Of a DNA stretch of 64,000 nucleotides, positions 1 to 9,151 are shown piece after piece (positions within the stretch are counted from its first letter, which is position 1; the number at the start of each line of letters is the position of its first letter). The notes below the pieces were generated by a model that searched no databases, was not told the origin of the DNA, and saw nothing but the letters and a program-made list of their open reading frames with translations. The translations under genes were made by a program, and so were the position numbers. Source of the stretch: Myxococcota bacterium (GTDB lineage Bacteria; Myxococcota_A; UBA796; CAJQPC01); assembly GCA_036229005.1 (NCBI GenBank), contig JAZAMN010000016.1, positions 92,371 through 156,370 of the forward strand. Direction: 5' to 3'.

Positions 1-445
1 TCAGGCGCTGGTTGCCCGCGGACTCCACCCGCTCCCGGTGCAGCCCGTCCACCTGCTCCTGGAGCTCCAGGGCGGTCAGGCGCAGCTCGTCCGAGAACGC
101 CGAGGCCTGGCGCAGCCGCAGCGACGCCAGCTCGTACTGCTTGAGCAGCCCCTCGGCCACGGACCGGCGGCCCAGGATCACCCGGCGGGCGGTGAAGCGG
201 CGCATCAGGCTGGCCAACATCGAGTCGTCCGCCTGCTGGGCCTCCAGATCGGCCAGGGCGGACTCGTGGCCCTTCATGGCCTTGAGCTCCCCGTCCAGGG
301 CGCGGCCCAGCTCGTCCTGGGTCTTGACCAGGGCCTCGACCTTGGCCAGGGCCTCCTGGTGGCGCTTGTGGATCTCCTCGCGGCGCTGCTGCAGCGCGGC
401 CTGGTTGGGGGGCGAAGCTCGCTTGCGGGAGGTCACAGCCATCAT
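1..445 (-). CDS. Hypothetical coiled-coil protein (3' end runs off the window)
   Basis: Open minus frame from ATG 445/442 (MMAVTSRKRASPPNQAALQQRREEIHKRHQEALAKVEAL...) with GC3-rich codons, helical E/K/Q/L/A composition and no stop before base 1. Confidence 0.7.
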   Translation of the reverse strand, partial: MMAVTSRKRASPPNQAALQQRREEIHKRHQEALAKVEALVKTQDELGRALDGELKAMKGHESALADLEAQQADDSMLASLMRRFTARRVILGRRSVAEGLLKQYELASLRLRQASAFSDELRLTALELQEQVDGLHRERVESAGNQRL

Positions 446-523
446 CGTTGTTGTACCCCGGGCGGGAGTTCTCTGCTGGGTTTGGGCGGGCGACACCGGG
501 TTCGGACCGCGGCGGCGCGCAGA

Positions 524-539
524 TGTTCCACGTGGAACA
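524..539. promoter_or_regulatory. parS: parS site (ParB binding)
   Basis: Perfect palindrome TGTTCCACGTGGAACA matching the bacterial parS consensus; parAB is in the window. Confidence 0.92.
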
Positions 540-609
540 GACCCTCTCCATTGCAAGGCGGCCGGCGTCGTGGCACAAGGGCGATCGAGCCCCCAGCCCC
601 GGAGTGCGC

Positions 610-1119
610 GTGGCCATTCGACAGCGGATCAAGGATCGCCTCAAGCGCGCGCTGGGCAAGGCCCCTCAGCCTGCCTCGGAGCCCGCCCCCCAGCAGCCGG
701 CCAGCCCGCCCAAGGCCGCCGCCGAGGCCGCAGCTCCCAAGGCCGAGACCCCCTCTCCCCAGGCCCCCGCGCCGGCGCCCCCCAAGGCCGCCGCGCCCAA
801 GCGCCCCGCCATGCCCGAGGGCGCCGTCTCCCGCCCGGCCCCCGGCTCGCCCAAGGCCCGGGAGATCTCGCCCGAGAAGCAGCGCAAGGCGATCCTGCGG
901 GCCAAGAAGGGCACTCTGCGCTTTGTCCAGGACAAAGGCGGCGTGGCCCACCTGGGCGAGATGCACGACAACAGCGAGCGCCGCTACTTCGTGGCCCACC
1001 GCGGCTTCTCCCGCCTGATGGAGGAGATGACCGAAGAGGGCCTGCTGGACTACGACGAGGCCACCGGCGAGAGCCGGCTCACGCCCGCAGGCGCTCAGTG
1101 GCTGAGCGAGCAAGGCTGA
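610..1119 (+). CDS. Hypothetical protein: basic N-terminus, Pro/Ala linker, C-terminal winged-helix-like domain
   Basis: GGAG at 601-604 precedes GTG 610; C-terminus FSRLMEEMTEEGLLDYDEATGESRLTPAG resembles a wHTH wing. Confidence 0.65.
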   Translation: MAIRQRIKDRLKRALGKAPQPASEPAPQQPASPPKAAAEAAAPKAETPSPQAPAPAPPKAAAPKRPAMPEGAVSRPAPGSPKAREISPEKQRKAILRAKKGTLRFVQDKGGVAHLGEMHDNSERRYFVAHRGFSRLMEEMTEEGLLDYDEATGESRLTPAGAQWLSEQG

Positions 1120-2089
1120 AGGGCGGGGTGACCTCCACCACCACGCTGCCCCGCGCCCCGGACTCCGCGCAGGCGTGGGCCTGGGCGATCTGCTCCAGCG
1201 AAAAGCGCGCCGCGATGGTCGGGGCCAGGATGTCCTCGCTGGCGAGCTGAGCCAATCGCTCGGTGTTCTCGCGGTCTCCAATGGCGACGTTGAAGACGGC
1301 GTGCTTGTCGCCCACCAGCCGGCTCGCCAGCATCCAGAACAGGTGCCCGGGGCGGATCGTCAGGGTCAGGTAGCGGCCCCCGGCGTTCAGGCGCTCCCGG
1401 GCCTGGGGGAAGCTGCTGCAGTCCGCGATATCGAACACCACGTCCCAGCGCTGCTCGGCGCGGGTGTAGTCGAAGCTGCGGTGGTCGTGGACCTGGTGGG
1501 CGCCCAGGGCCTTCATCCGCTCGTGGTGCGCCTCGCTGCCCACCGCCGTCACCACAGCGCCCAGCCAGCGGGCGATCTGGATCGCGTAGCGGCCGACGCC
1601 GCCCGAGCCGCCCAGAATCAGGACCTCCTCGCCGGGCTGCACCTGGGCCAGCTCGTCCAGGAAGTGCAGGGCGGTGCCCGCGCCGTAGCTCAGCGCAGCG
1701 GCGGCCTCCCGCGAGACCTTGTCCGGGCGCAGGGCGATGGGGCCCTCGGCGTCCACCAGCACGGCCTCGGCCCAGGCGCCGTTGTCCACCTGACCGAAGA
1801 CCTCGTCGCCCACCTTGAAGCGGGTGACCTGAGCGCCCACCTCGGCCACGCGGCCGGCGAACATGGTGCCCTGCACGGGGTGACGGGGCCGCAGCACGCC
1901 CATCATCAGGCGACCGGGGAGCGCGCTGATGCCGGGGAAGTCGGCGCTGCGCAGGCGGCGGTCTCCGGCGCTGACCACGCTGACGTGCACGTTGACCAGC
2001 ACCTGCCTGGGGCCGGGCTGGGGGCGGGGGATGGCGCGCAGCTCGAGGACATCGCTGGGACCGTAGGCGGGGGTGAAGGCGGCTCGCAT
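1079..2089 (-). CDS. NAD(P)-dependent medium-chain alcohol dehydrogenase / quinone oxidoreductase family
   Basis: YGPSDVLEL, FKVGDEVFG, VLILGGSGGVG Rossmann motif, FSLEQIAQAH; divergent from a LysR gene. Confidence 0.9.
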   Translation of the reverse strand: MRAAFTPAYGPSDVLELRAIPRPQPGPRQVLVNVHVSVVSAGDRRLRSADFPGISALPGRLMMGVLRPRHPVQGTMFAGRVAEVGAQVTRFKVGDEVFGQVDNGAWAEAVLVDAEGPIALRPDKVSREAAAALSYGAGTALHFLDELAQVQPGEEVLILGGSGGVGRYAIQIARWLGAVVTAVGSEAHHERMKALGAHQVHDHRSFDYTRAEQRWDVVFDIADCSSFPQARERLNAGGRYLTLTIRPGHLFWMLASRLVGDKHAVFNVAIGDRENTERLAQLASEDILAPTIAARFSLEQIAQAHACAESGARGSVVVEVTPPFSLARSATERLRA

Positions 2090-2175
2090 GGGGTTCTCCT
2101 GTTGCCCCTTCAAGCTATGCAAGACGATTTCGCATGGGCAGTACCCAACGCCGCCTATCGGTTATGCCTTTTTGC

Positions 2176-3057
2176 ATGGAATGGTCCCTCATCGACTTTG
2201 ACTGGAACCGGGCGCGCGCCTTCCTGGCCGCCGCCGAGGAGGGCTCCTTCTCCGCCGCCGCCCGCGCCCTCGGCAGCACCCAGCCCACCGTGGGCCGGCA
2301 GGTCGCCGCCCTGGAGCAGGAGCTGGGCGTCACCCTCTTCGAGCGCGTGGGCACCGGCCTGCAGCTCACCGAGAGCGGCGTCCAGCTCCGCGAGCACACC
2401 CTCAAGATGGCCACCGCCGCCCTGGGCGTCTCCCGCGCCGCCGCTGGCCGCTCCGAGCGCATCGAGGGCCTGGTCCGGGTCACCGCCAGCGAGGCCATCA
2501 CCGCCTTCCTGCTGCCCCCCGTGGTCGTCTCCCTGCGCCGGGAGCACCCCGGCATCGAGCTGGAGCTGCTGGCCTCCAACGCCCTGCGGGACCTGCTGCG
2601 GCGGGAGGCCGACATCGCCATCCGGAACGTGCGGCCCCAGCACGCCAGCCTGATCGGCAAGCGCCTGCGCGACGGCAGCGCCGGACTCTACGCCGCCCCC
2701 GCCTACCTGGAGCGCGTCGGGCCCATCCGGAGCCCCGCGGATCTGGCCCGCTGCGAGATCCTGGCCTTCGACCAGACCGAGGCCATGATCGCCGGCCTCC
2801 AGCGCCTGGGCGTGGACACCCAGCCCCAGAACTACCCGGTCACCGCCGCCAACCACCTGGTGCAGTGGTCGCTGTGCTGCGCGGGCGCCGGGCTCTGCTT
2901 CATGATGACCCAGGTGGGCGAGGCCGAGCCCCGAGTGCAGCGCGTGCTCCCCGAGCTCACCATGCCCCTGCAGACCTGGCTGGTCTGCCACCGCGAGCTC
3001 CACACCAGCCGCCGCCTGCGCACGGTGTTCGACGCCCTCGCGGACGCCCTCGGCTGA
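2176..3057 (+). CDS. LysR-family transcriptional regulator
   Basis: FLAAAEEGSFSAAARALGSTQPTVGRQVAALEQELGVTLFER HTH; DLLRREADIAIR substrate domain. Confidence 0.95.
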   Translation: MEWSLIDFDWNRARAFLAAAEEGSFSAAARALGSTQPTVGRQVAALEQELGVTLFERVGTGLQLTESGVQLREHTLKMATAALGVSRAAAGRSERIEGLVRVTASEAITAFLLPPVVVSLRREHPGIELELLASNALRDLLRREADIAIRNVRPQHASLIGKRLRDGSAGLYAAPAYLERVGPIRSPADLARCEILAFDQTEAMIAGLQRLGVDTQPQNYPVTAANHLVQWSLCCAGAGLCFMMTQVGEAEPRVQRVLPELTMPLQTWLVCHRELHTSRRLRTVFDALADALG

Positions 3058-3069
3058 GCCTCCCGGCCC

Positions 3070-6000
3070 TCAGCTCAGGCCCAGCCGCCGCGCCAGAAGC
3101 ACCTGCTGCAGCTCCGCCAGCCCCCCGGGGAGCCCAAGCTCCTCCAGCCCGCACGCGATCTGCCGGGTCACCTCCAGGAGCAGGAGCTGCCGCGCCACCC
3201 CCGGCCCCGCCGCCGCCTTCGCGACCACCGGGTGCAACCGGTTCAGCCCCAGGCTCACGCCCCCTGAGCTCGCGCGCGTCACCGCCGGCCCCCGCGCCTT
3301 CTCCAGCCAGTGCACCTGCAGCGGCACCCCCAGCTCCGCCTGCTTCCCCAGCTCCTGGATGCTGCGCACCAGCTCGCCGCTCACCCGCCGCTCCGGGAGC
3401 ACCCGCCGGGCCCGAGGCAACGGGATCGGGAGCGCCGGCCGGGCCTCCGGGGCCGCGTCCAGCCAGGCGTCCAGCGTGCCCCAGCGCTGCCCCTGCGCGT
3501 CCTCCAGGACCACCCCCGCCGCCAGGAGCCGCACCGTGCCCAGGTGTCCCCGGCCCTGCTGACTGGCCAGCACGCAGAAGTGCATCGCGTAGCGCCGCGC
3601 GTGCTCCGTCTGCTCCCCAAAGCGCCGCGCCCGCAGCCCGGTGGCCAGCCGCTGGTAGAGCTGCAGCGCCGCCAAGCCCAGCAGCTCCTGCTGCGCCTCG
3701 CTCAGGGCCGGCCGGGAGTCCGTGATCCAGACCAGCCCGTGGCAAGGCAGCCGCGCGTCCAGGTCCGGCAGCACCGCCCAGCCCCCGTCCGGGTCCCGCA
3801 GCAGCACACCGCCCGTCGCGTCGAAGGGCACCCGCAGCCCCAGCCAGCCCCGCACTCCCGCCACGCTCAGGGGTTGGCGCAGCAGCCACTGCCCCGGCTG
3901 GGGATCCACCAGCGACGCCCACACCTCCGGCGCATCATCCAGACGCAGCGGCAGTCGCCGGCCGGTCAACCGCTCCAGGGTCAGCAGTTCGAGGGCCGGC
4001 AGCAGGATCAGCTCCGGTTGAGGCGGCAACACGCCCCCCGCGGCGGCAAAGCACACCGTCTCCACCTCCGTCCACGCGGACACCGTGCGGGCATCCTCGC
4101 CCATCGACGAGGTCACCACGGGATCGACCGGCCGCCCCAGCGCGGCCTCCAGCGCCCAGCGCCGGTGCGCGTGCCGCCGGGGCGGCCAGACCTCCAGCAG
4201 GGTCTCCCAGGCGCCCGCCCAGTCGGGCTCCGCGCCCCACCAGGCCCGCCAGGTCCCCGCCACCGGCCCCGGGACCACCTGCCAGCCCTCGCCGGCCTCC
4301 AGGGGCCCTGGCGCCTCTCCTGCGGCCACCCAGGCGCGCTCCCCCGCGTGCCCCGGGAACCACTGGCCGTCCTCCAGCCCCACCAGCGCCAGGAGCTGCG
4401 CCCCCTCCGGCGCGCTCCACCCACCCCCCAGGCGCTCCAGCAGGGGCCCCAGGCGCGCGCGCAGCTCGGCGGGCAGCGGGGTGACCTCGCCGGCGCCCAG
4501 AGCGTCCAGGAAGCCTCGGAGGCTCAGGCCGCGCCCGTCCAGGGGGCGGTCGACCAAGGCCAGGCCGGTGGGCCCCCATTCCGGCGGCAGCGCCGCGTGC
4601 ACCTCCAGCCTCTCCTCCTCTCCCCGGCCCACCCGGATCCGCGCCTGCTGTCCCAACAGGCTCGCCAGCAGGCCCTGGCTGCCCGGGTCCAGCGGATCCA
4701 GCGACGCCACCAGGCGCCACAGCTCGGCCTGCACCAGGCGCGTCAGCACCCCCATCCAGGCCAGCTCCTCGTCCAGGCCGCCCTGCAGGCGCAGCTCCGC
4801 GCTCACCCCGGGGATCGGCAGCGAGAAGGAGCTCAGGGACAGCGCCCGCCCGCCGCGGGACACGCACACCGGGAGCTGTCCGGGCTCGCCCCAGCCCGGC
4901 AGGGGGCCCTGGCCGTGAAAGCGCAGGACCAGCTCTCCCTGCAGCGCCTCCTCCGACACGGGGACGCTCAGCGCGTGCACCGGGTGTTCGCGGGTCAGCA
5001 CCCGCTGCACGAACTCCAGGTCCGCCGCCGAGCCCAGCCGCTGCAGGGACAGCTCCGGGACCAGCCGGTGCAGCGAGCGCGCCTCGGCCTCGGAGATCAG
5101 CAGCACGCGGAAGGGGAAGCGCGCCGGATCCGCCAGATCCGCCAGCCGCCCCAGCTCCCCCGGCTCCATCCAGAACAGGGGCTCCCCAGCGCAGGCCTCC
5201 AGCAGCGACACCGCGACCCCATCCCCGGGGCCCAGGCAGGGCAGGCGCTCGCCCACCGGGGCCAGCTCGGGGGCCTGCTCCTCCTCCTCCAGCTCGCCCG
5301 CGCTCAGGGGTACGGGCACCTGCACGAGCTGGCGATCGGGGAGCTGCTCCTGCACCAGCAGCCGCACCTGGTCCTGCAGCGCCCGCAGCGCCCGGGAGAA
5401 GCGCGCGTCCCGCACCACGTCCGCCTGGTCCGCGGTCTTGCGCAGGCGGTCATCACACAAGACCCCGTGGAAGCTGCGCCGGTCGCCCTGCAGGCTCCCC
5501 ACCTCGGGCAGCTCCAGGCGCACGATCTCGCAGCCACCCACCACGATCTGGAACACCGGCGGCTGATCGGGCCGGGGGTTCAGGCCCACGACCCCGCGCA
5601 GCTCCCCCTGATCGAAGAAGCGCTGGCTGGCCACCCCATAGAGCTTGAGCTTGCGCCGCGCGCTGTACCCAAAGGGCGCCTTTCCGTTGATGATGATGGG
5701 CACCGGCAGGTGGGTGCAGGCCTCCTCCACCAGCTTCTGTTCGGGGTAGATCGCCGGCTGCCGAAGCCGCGCCAGCCAGGGCATCCGCCGCTCCATGAGC
5801 AGATAGGTTCCCGAGATGGCGTCCTGCGGGCGCCCAAGCTCCCCCTTTCCGGACGGATCCAGGTCCAGACGCACCCCGTTGTCACCGTCCCCGCTCTCCA
5901 TCCGGATGCGCTTGGGCTTGCGCTGCAGCAGCGCGTTGATGCCGATCGCGATCTGTACGAGGTGTCGAAAGCGCGGGTCCCCGCGGTCCGCGAACAGGTA

Positions 6001-6270
6001 GTCCAGGATCGACTCCAGCTCCTCCTGCTGGATCACCCTGCCCCCCACAAAGGCCACCAAGATGCTCTCCGGGCGCAGATCCACGGCGATGTAGCTGGCC
6101 CCGGACAGCACGGCGGCCTGGATCAGCTCCAGGATGTACTGCTGGGGGCTGCGCAGGGCGTACTCCCGCTGCTTCTCGACCGCCTTCTCCCGCGAGAGCG
6201 TGAAGCGCTTGCGCTCCACAAAGTCCCCAGGGGCCCGACTGCGCGCCAACAGCTCCTCGAGCTGACTCAT
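3070..6270 (-). CDS. Large Hsp90/GHKL-like protein with degenerate ATPase motifs
   Basis: YILELIQAAV at the position of the ELxxNxxDA box; C-terminal LNRLHPVV resembles the HtpG INPxHP motif; 4-bp overlap with the upstream GHKL gene. Confidence 0.6.
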   Translation of the reverse strand: MSQLEELLARSRAPGDFVERKRFTLSREKAVEKQREYALRSPQQYILELIQAAVLSGASYIAVDLRPESILVAFVGGRVIQQEELESILDYLFADRGDPRFRHLVQIAIGINALLQRKPKRIRMESGDGDNGVRLDLDPSGKGELGRPQDAISGTYLLMERRMPWLARLRQPAIYPEQKLVEEACTHLPVPIIINGKAPFGYSARRKLKLYGVASQRFFDQGELRGVVGLNPRPDQPPVFQIVVGGCEIVRLELPEVGSLQGDRRSFHGVLCDDRLRKTADQADVVRDARFSRALRALQDQVRLLVQEQLPDRQLVQVPVPLSAGELEEEEQAPELAPVGERLPCLGPGDGVAVSLLEACAGEPLFWMEPGELGRLADLADPARFPFRVLLISEAEARSLHRLVPELSLQRLGSAADLEFVQRVLTREHPVHALSVPVSEEALQGELVLRFHGQGPLPGWGEPGQLPVCVSRGGRALSLSSFSLPIPGVSAELRLQGGLDEELAWMGVLTRLVQAELWRLVASLDPLDPGSQGLLASLLGQQARIRVGRGEEERLEVHAALPPEWGPTGLALVDRPLDGRGLSLRGFLDALGAGEVTPLPAELRARLGPLLERLGGGWSAPEGAQLLALVGLEDGQWFPGHAGERAWVAAGEAPGPLEAGEGWQVVPGPVAGTWRAWWGAEPDWAGAWETLLEVWPPRRHAHRRWALEAALGRPVDPVVTSSMGEDARTVSAWTEVETVCFAAAGGVLPPQPELILLPALELLTLERLTGRRLPLRLDDAPEVWASLVDPQPGQWLLRQPLSVAGVRGWLGLRVPFDATGGVLLRDPDGGWAVLPDLDARLPCHGLVWITDSRPALSEAQQELLGLAALQLYQRLATGLRARRFGEQTEHARRYAMHFCVLASQQGRGHLGTVRLLAAGVVLEDAQGQRWGTLDAWLDAAPEARPALPIPLPRARRVLPERRVSGELVRSIQELGKQAELGVPLQVHWLEKARGPAVTRASSGGVSLGLNRLHPVVAKAAAGPGVARQLLLLEVTRQIACGLEELGLPGGLAELQQVLLARRLGLS

Positions 6271-8048
6271 ACAGACTCCGCCCCGTCCAGGGCCCGCAGC
6301 AGCAGGGTGTCATAGACCGACTCCCGCTCCAGGCCGTCGTGGTGCAGCAGGAGCTGGGCCAGACCCAACACAGACATCTCCAGGGCCTCGGCCCCCGCGG
6401 TGACGAACAGGCGCACGCTGGGGTGGTTCCGGTTCAACAGCACGCTGCGGCCGCGCAGGAAGGCGGGGATCTGCAGCCACCGGGTCTCCGGACGCTGGAA
6501 GACCTGCCCATCCCCGGGCCCCTCCAGCGCCACCGGGCCCCGAGCCCCCGCACTCACACCCCCAAAGTCCCCCACCATCAAGCGCAGGCGGCTGCCCACG
6601 CTGTCCTGCAGCAGGGTGCGCAGGTGGGAGAACACCAGGTGCTCCCGCTCGTCCAGGCTGGCCTCCGGGGTGAGGTCGGGGATCAAATACAGTTCATCCG
6701 CCGTGAGCTGCACGCGGCCCCGCTGGTCCCAAGGCACCCACAGGGGCGGCTCCCACGCGGCGGTGAGCAGCGCACGCGTGTCCTCGCCGGCGGCCAGGAG
6801 CCGAACCCCGATGGACTCCAGGGCCTCTGCCAGGCGGTGGGCCTCACAGGCGTAGAGCACCGCTCCCTGGTCCCTCTCCTGAGACTGTATCTGGTCCAGG
6901 GTGAGCGGCCGGCCCAGGCTGTCGCGGAACAGGGCCCGCTGCCGGTGTCGCTGGAGCCAGCGGCGGCCCTTGGGAGTGGTCACCTCCCGGGTCAGGGCCC
7001 GGTGCCAGGGGGCCAGGTCCTCCCCTGCCCGCACCGCCTCCTCGCAGCGCGTCAGCAGCCGCTCCCGGAGCCCCTCGGCGGCCTCCAGCAGCACCTGCAT
7101 GGCCTTGGCCCAGTGACCGTCCTGGATGACGTTGTCGCGGGTCAGGGTGTGCTCCAGGGCGTCCGACTTGAGCTTGAAGCCCAGATGCCCCAGGCGGGGT
7201 GCGTGCGCGCCCAGGACCTCTGGGTTTCCGGTGTTCAGCAGGGTCAGGCCGCCGTTGTAGAAGGCGTAGCGGGGCCGCTCGGAGAGGCCCACCACCACTT
7301 GGATCCGGCCAGAGGACCTGGACTCGCTGAGCAGGGTCGTCTCCAACGCCAGGGGTCGGTTGACCTGCTCCGGTCCCTGCGGGCCCGCCCTCTGTTCACC
7401 GGCGTCCGCAGGCGAGGTGCGGTCGTCCGCGAAGGCCGCGAAGGGGTCCGCGCCCAGGTCCGAAGCCTGCACCCGGGGGCGCTCCTGGCTGCGGTCCCAG
7501 AAGCTCACCGGGGTGTCGCTGTGCTCGCACCACCACCCCAGGATCCACCGGCAGTCGCGCACGAAGCCGGGCAGCGCGGCCTTGGCCATGTGCTTGAACA
7601 GGGTGATCTGCGTGCCGCTCACCGGCTCCTGGATGCGCACCTTGTCGAAGCTGCGGTCGGGGTGGAAGAGCAGCTCCCAGGACTCGCCGTGGCGGCCGGT
7701 GCGCAGGAGCACGGCCTCGGGCTGGATGGCGAAGATGCTCGTGAAGCCGATGCCGAACTTGCCGATCTTGGTGAGATCGTCCTCCTTGGAGGAGGAGAAG
7801 AGGCGGGTCAGGTGCTCATCGATGATGCGCTCATCCATGCCCTCGCCGCTGTCGTCGACGTGGATCTCCAGCACGCCCTGGCTGTCGTCGTCCCGGTCGG
7901 GCTGCCAGCGCAGCCACACCTCGACCCGCGGGGCGCCCGCGTCGATGCTGTTCTGGACGAGCTCCCGCAGGAAGTCCAGGGGGCGCGCGAACTGGTTGAC
8001 CAGGTTGGAGAGGGCCTGGTCGGCGAGGGAGTCGGGGACCTCGGTCAC
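6267..8048 (-). CDS. Hsp90-like (GHKL) ATP-binding protein
   Basis: FLRELVQNSIDA, DDSGEGM, IGKFGIGF, GTQITL boxes; C-terminal LLNRNHP. Confidence 0.85.
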   Translation of the reverse strand: MTEVPDSLADQALSNLVNQFARPLDFLRELVQNSIDAGAPRVEVWLRWQPDRDDDSQGVLEIHVDDSGEGMDERIIDEHLTRLFSSSKEDDLTKIGKFGIGFTSIFAIQPEAVLLRTGRHGESWELLFHPDRSFDKVRIQEPVSGTQITLFKHMAKAALPGFVRDCRWILGWWCEHSDTPVSFWDRSQERPRVQASDLGADPFAAFADDRTSPADAGEQRAGPQGPEQVNRPLALETTLLSESRSSGRIQVVVGLSERPRYAFYNGGLTLLNTGNPEVLGAHAPRLGHLGFKLKSDALEHTLTRDNVIQDGHWAKAMQVLLEAAEGLRERLLTRCEEAVRAGEDLAPWHRALTREVTTPKGRRWLQRHRQRALFRDSLGRPLTLDQIQSQERDQGAVLYACEAHRLAEALESIGVRLLAAGEDTRALLTAAWEPPLWVPWDQRGRVQLTADELYLIPDLTPEASLDEREHLVFSHLRTLLQDSVGSRLRLMVGDFGGVSAGARGPVALEGPGDGQVFQRPETRWLQIPAFLRGRSVLLNRNHPSVRLFVTAGAEALEMSVLGLAQLLLHHDGLERESVYDTLLLRALDGAESV

Positions 8049-8054
8049 GGCGAC

Positions 8055-8070
8055 TGTTCCACGTGGAACA
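8055..8070. promoter_or_regulatory. parS: parS site
   Basis: Perfect TGTTCCACGTGGAACA filling most of the 22-bp gap between two co-oriented genes. Confidence 0.92.
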
Positions 8071-9090
8071 TCAGTCGTTGGTGGTGATCAGGCCGCCGCA
8101 TCCCCCGCAGAGGACATCATCTTCGCCCAGGGCGTGCCCACAGCTGGAGCAGCGGCTGGTGCGTAGGGTCCAGCCCCCCAGGCCGCCCGCGATGGAGCCG
8201 AAGGGCGCCAGGATCATGAACTGGGGGTTGCCCGTGGCCGCGAAGCCGATCAGCGCACCGCCCAGACCAGCGGCGAGGCCAATGGCCAGGCCCGGCATGC
8301 CCCGATGCTTCTGCACCCGCCGCACGGGCGAGGCCCCCTTGCTGAGCGCGGGCATCAGGCCGACCTCTTCGGTCTCCTCGGGGGTGAGCAGCAGCTCCAT
8401 CAGGGCGCGGCGGCCCTTGCCCCGGAAGTGCTGGCGCGCGTGCTCCACCGCCTGGGCCTGGGCGGGATCCAGGGCCTCGGTGATCTGGCGGAGCTGGCGG
8501 CGGGGGAGCTCCCGGCTGGCCAGGATGGCGCCCAGGACAAAGGCCCGCTCGCTCAGGGTCAGCGAGCCCAGCGAGGTGGAGGGCTTGCCGGTGGGGGCGT
8601 CGGCCAGGGTGAGCAGGCCCAGGCCCAGGTAGATGGCGGTGATCTCAGTGAGGATCTCCTCCATGTCCGGGTCGGGGACGTTCAGGCCGTGGAAGGCGCG
8701 CCAGGCGTGGGCGACCTGATGGGCCAGGGCGCCAGGCTCCGCGCCGAAGCCCCGTCGATCCGCCCCAAAACGCGCGCGCCCGCCCTCGATGCCGATGAAC
8801 CAGGTGCCCTGGTGGCGGTAGGCGGTGGCGGTGCCCTCCTGGCCGGGGAGCAGGCCGGTGGGGTGGACCTCCAGCTCGATCTTGAGCTGTCCCAGGCCCA
8901 CGTGCTGGAGCAGGCCGGCCATGGCGCCCACGAGCCCGTCCGCGTCCTGGCTGCGGGTGCGGATGCTGCCGGAGCCGGCCAGCGGGGAGGCGACCAGGCG
9001 CTCGCGGCCGTGCTCGGACTGGAGCTGGTCGAGCTGCTCGAGCAGCCAGAGCTGACGCGGGGGAGGGGGGAGTTGATGTGCCATGACCAT
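8071..9090 (-). CDS. Membrane protein with HExxH-like (HQVAH) domain, two TM helices and C-terminal zinc ribbon
   Basis: LAHQVAHAW...EILTEITAIYLGLG; hydrophobic hairpin; CSSCG...CGGCG. Start may be 9084. Confidence 0.65.
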   Translation of the reverse strand: MVMAHQLPPPPRQLWLLEQLDQLQSEHGRERLVASPLAGSGSIRTRSQDADGLVGAMAGLLQHVGLGQLKIELEVHPTGLLPGQEGTATAYRHQGTWFIGIEGGRARFGADRRGFGAEPGALAHQVAHAWRAFHGLNVPDPDMEEILTEITAIYLGLGLLTLADAPTGKPSTSLGSLTLSERAFVLGAILASRELPRRQLRQITEALDPAQAQAVEHARQHFRGKGRRALMELLLTPEETEEVGLMPALSKGASPVRRVQKHRGMPGLAIGLAAGLGGALIGFAATGNPQFMILAPFGSIAGGLGGWTLRTSRCSSCGHALGEDDVLCGGCGGLITTND

Positions 9091-9151
9091 TGGATTCTAG
9101 CCCGAGCGCGCGAGGGTTGCACAACCCGCGACGGCATGTGGGCCCCCGGAC

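Noticed and set aside
448..609. Longer N-terminus (MFHVEQ) for the 610-1119 gene, and the ORF 14054-14356
   Set aside because: The MFHVE peptide is just the translated parS palindrome; a GGAG-preceded GTG at 610 is the better start.
2117..2177. LysR operator (ATGC...GCAT dyads)
   Set aside because: Plausible, but the spacing does not cleanly fit T-N11-A, so it is too weak to call.
3310..6315. 1001-aa plus-strand ORF and similar long antisense ORFs (e.g. 11523-14051, 34900-36807, 47847-50384, 59066-61963)
   Set aside because: Shadow ORFs typical of high-GC DNA, lying opposite genes with recognisable motifs.
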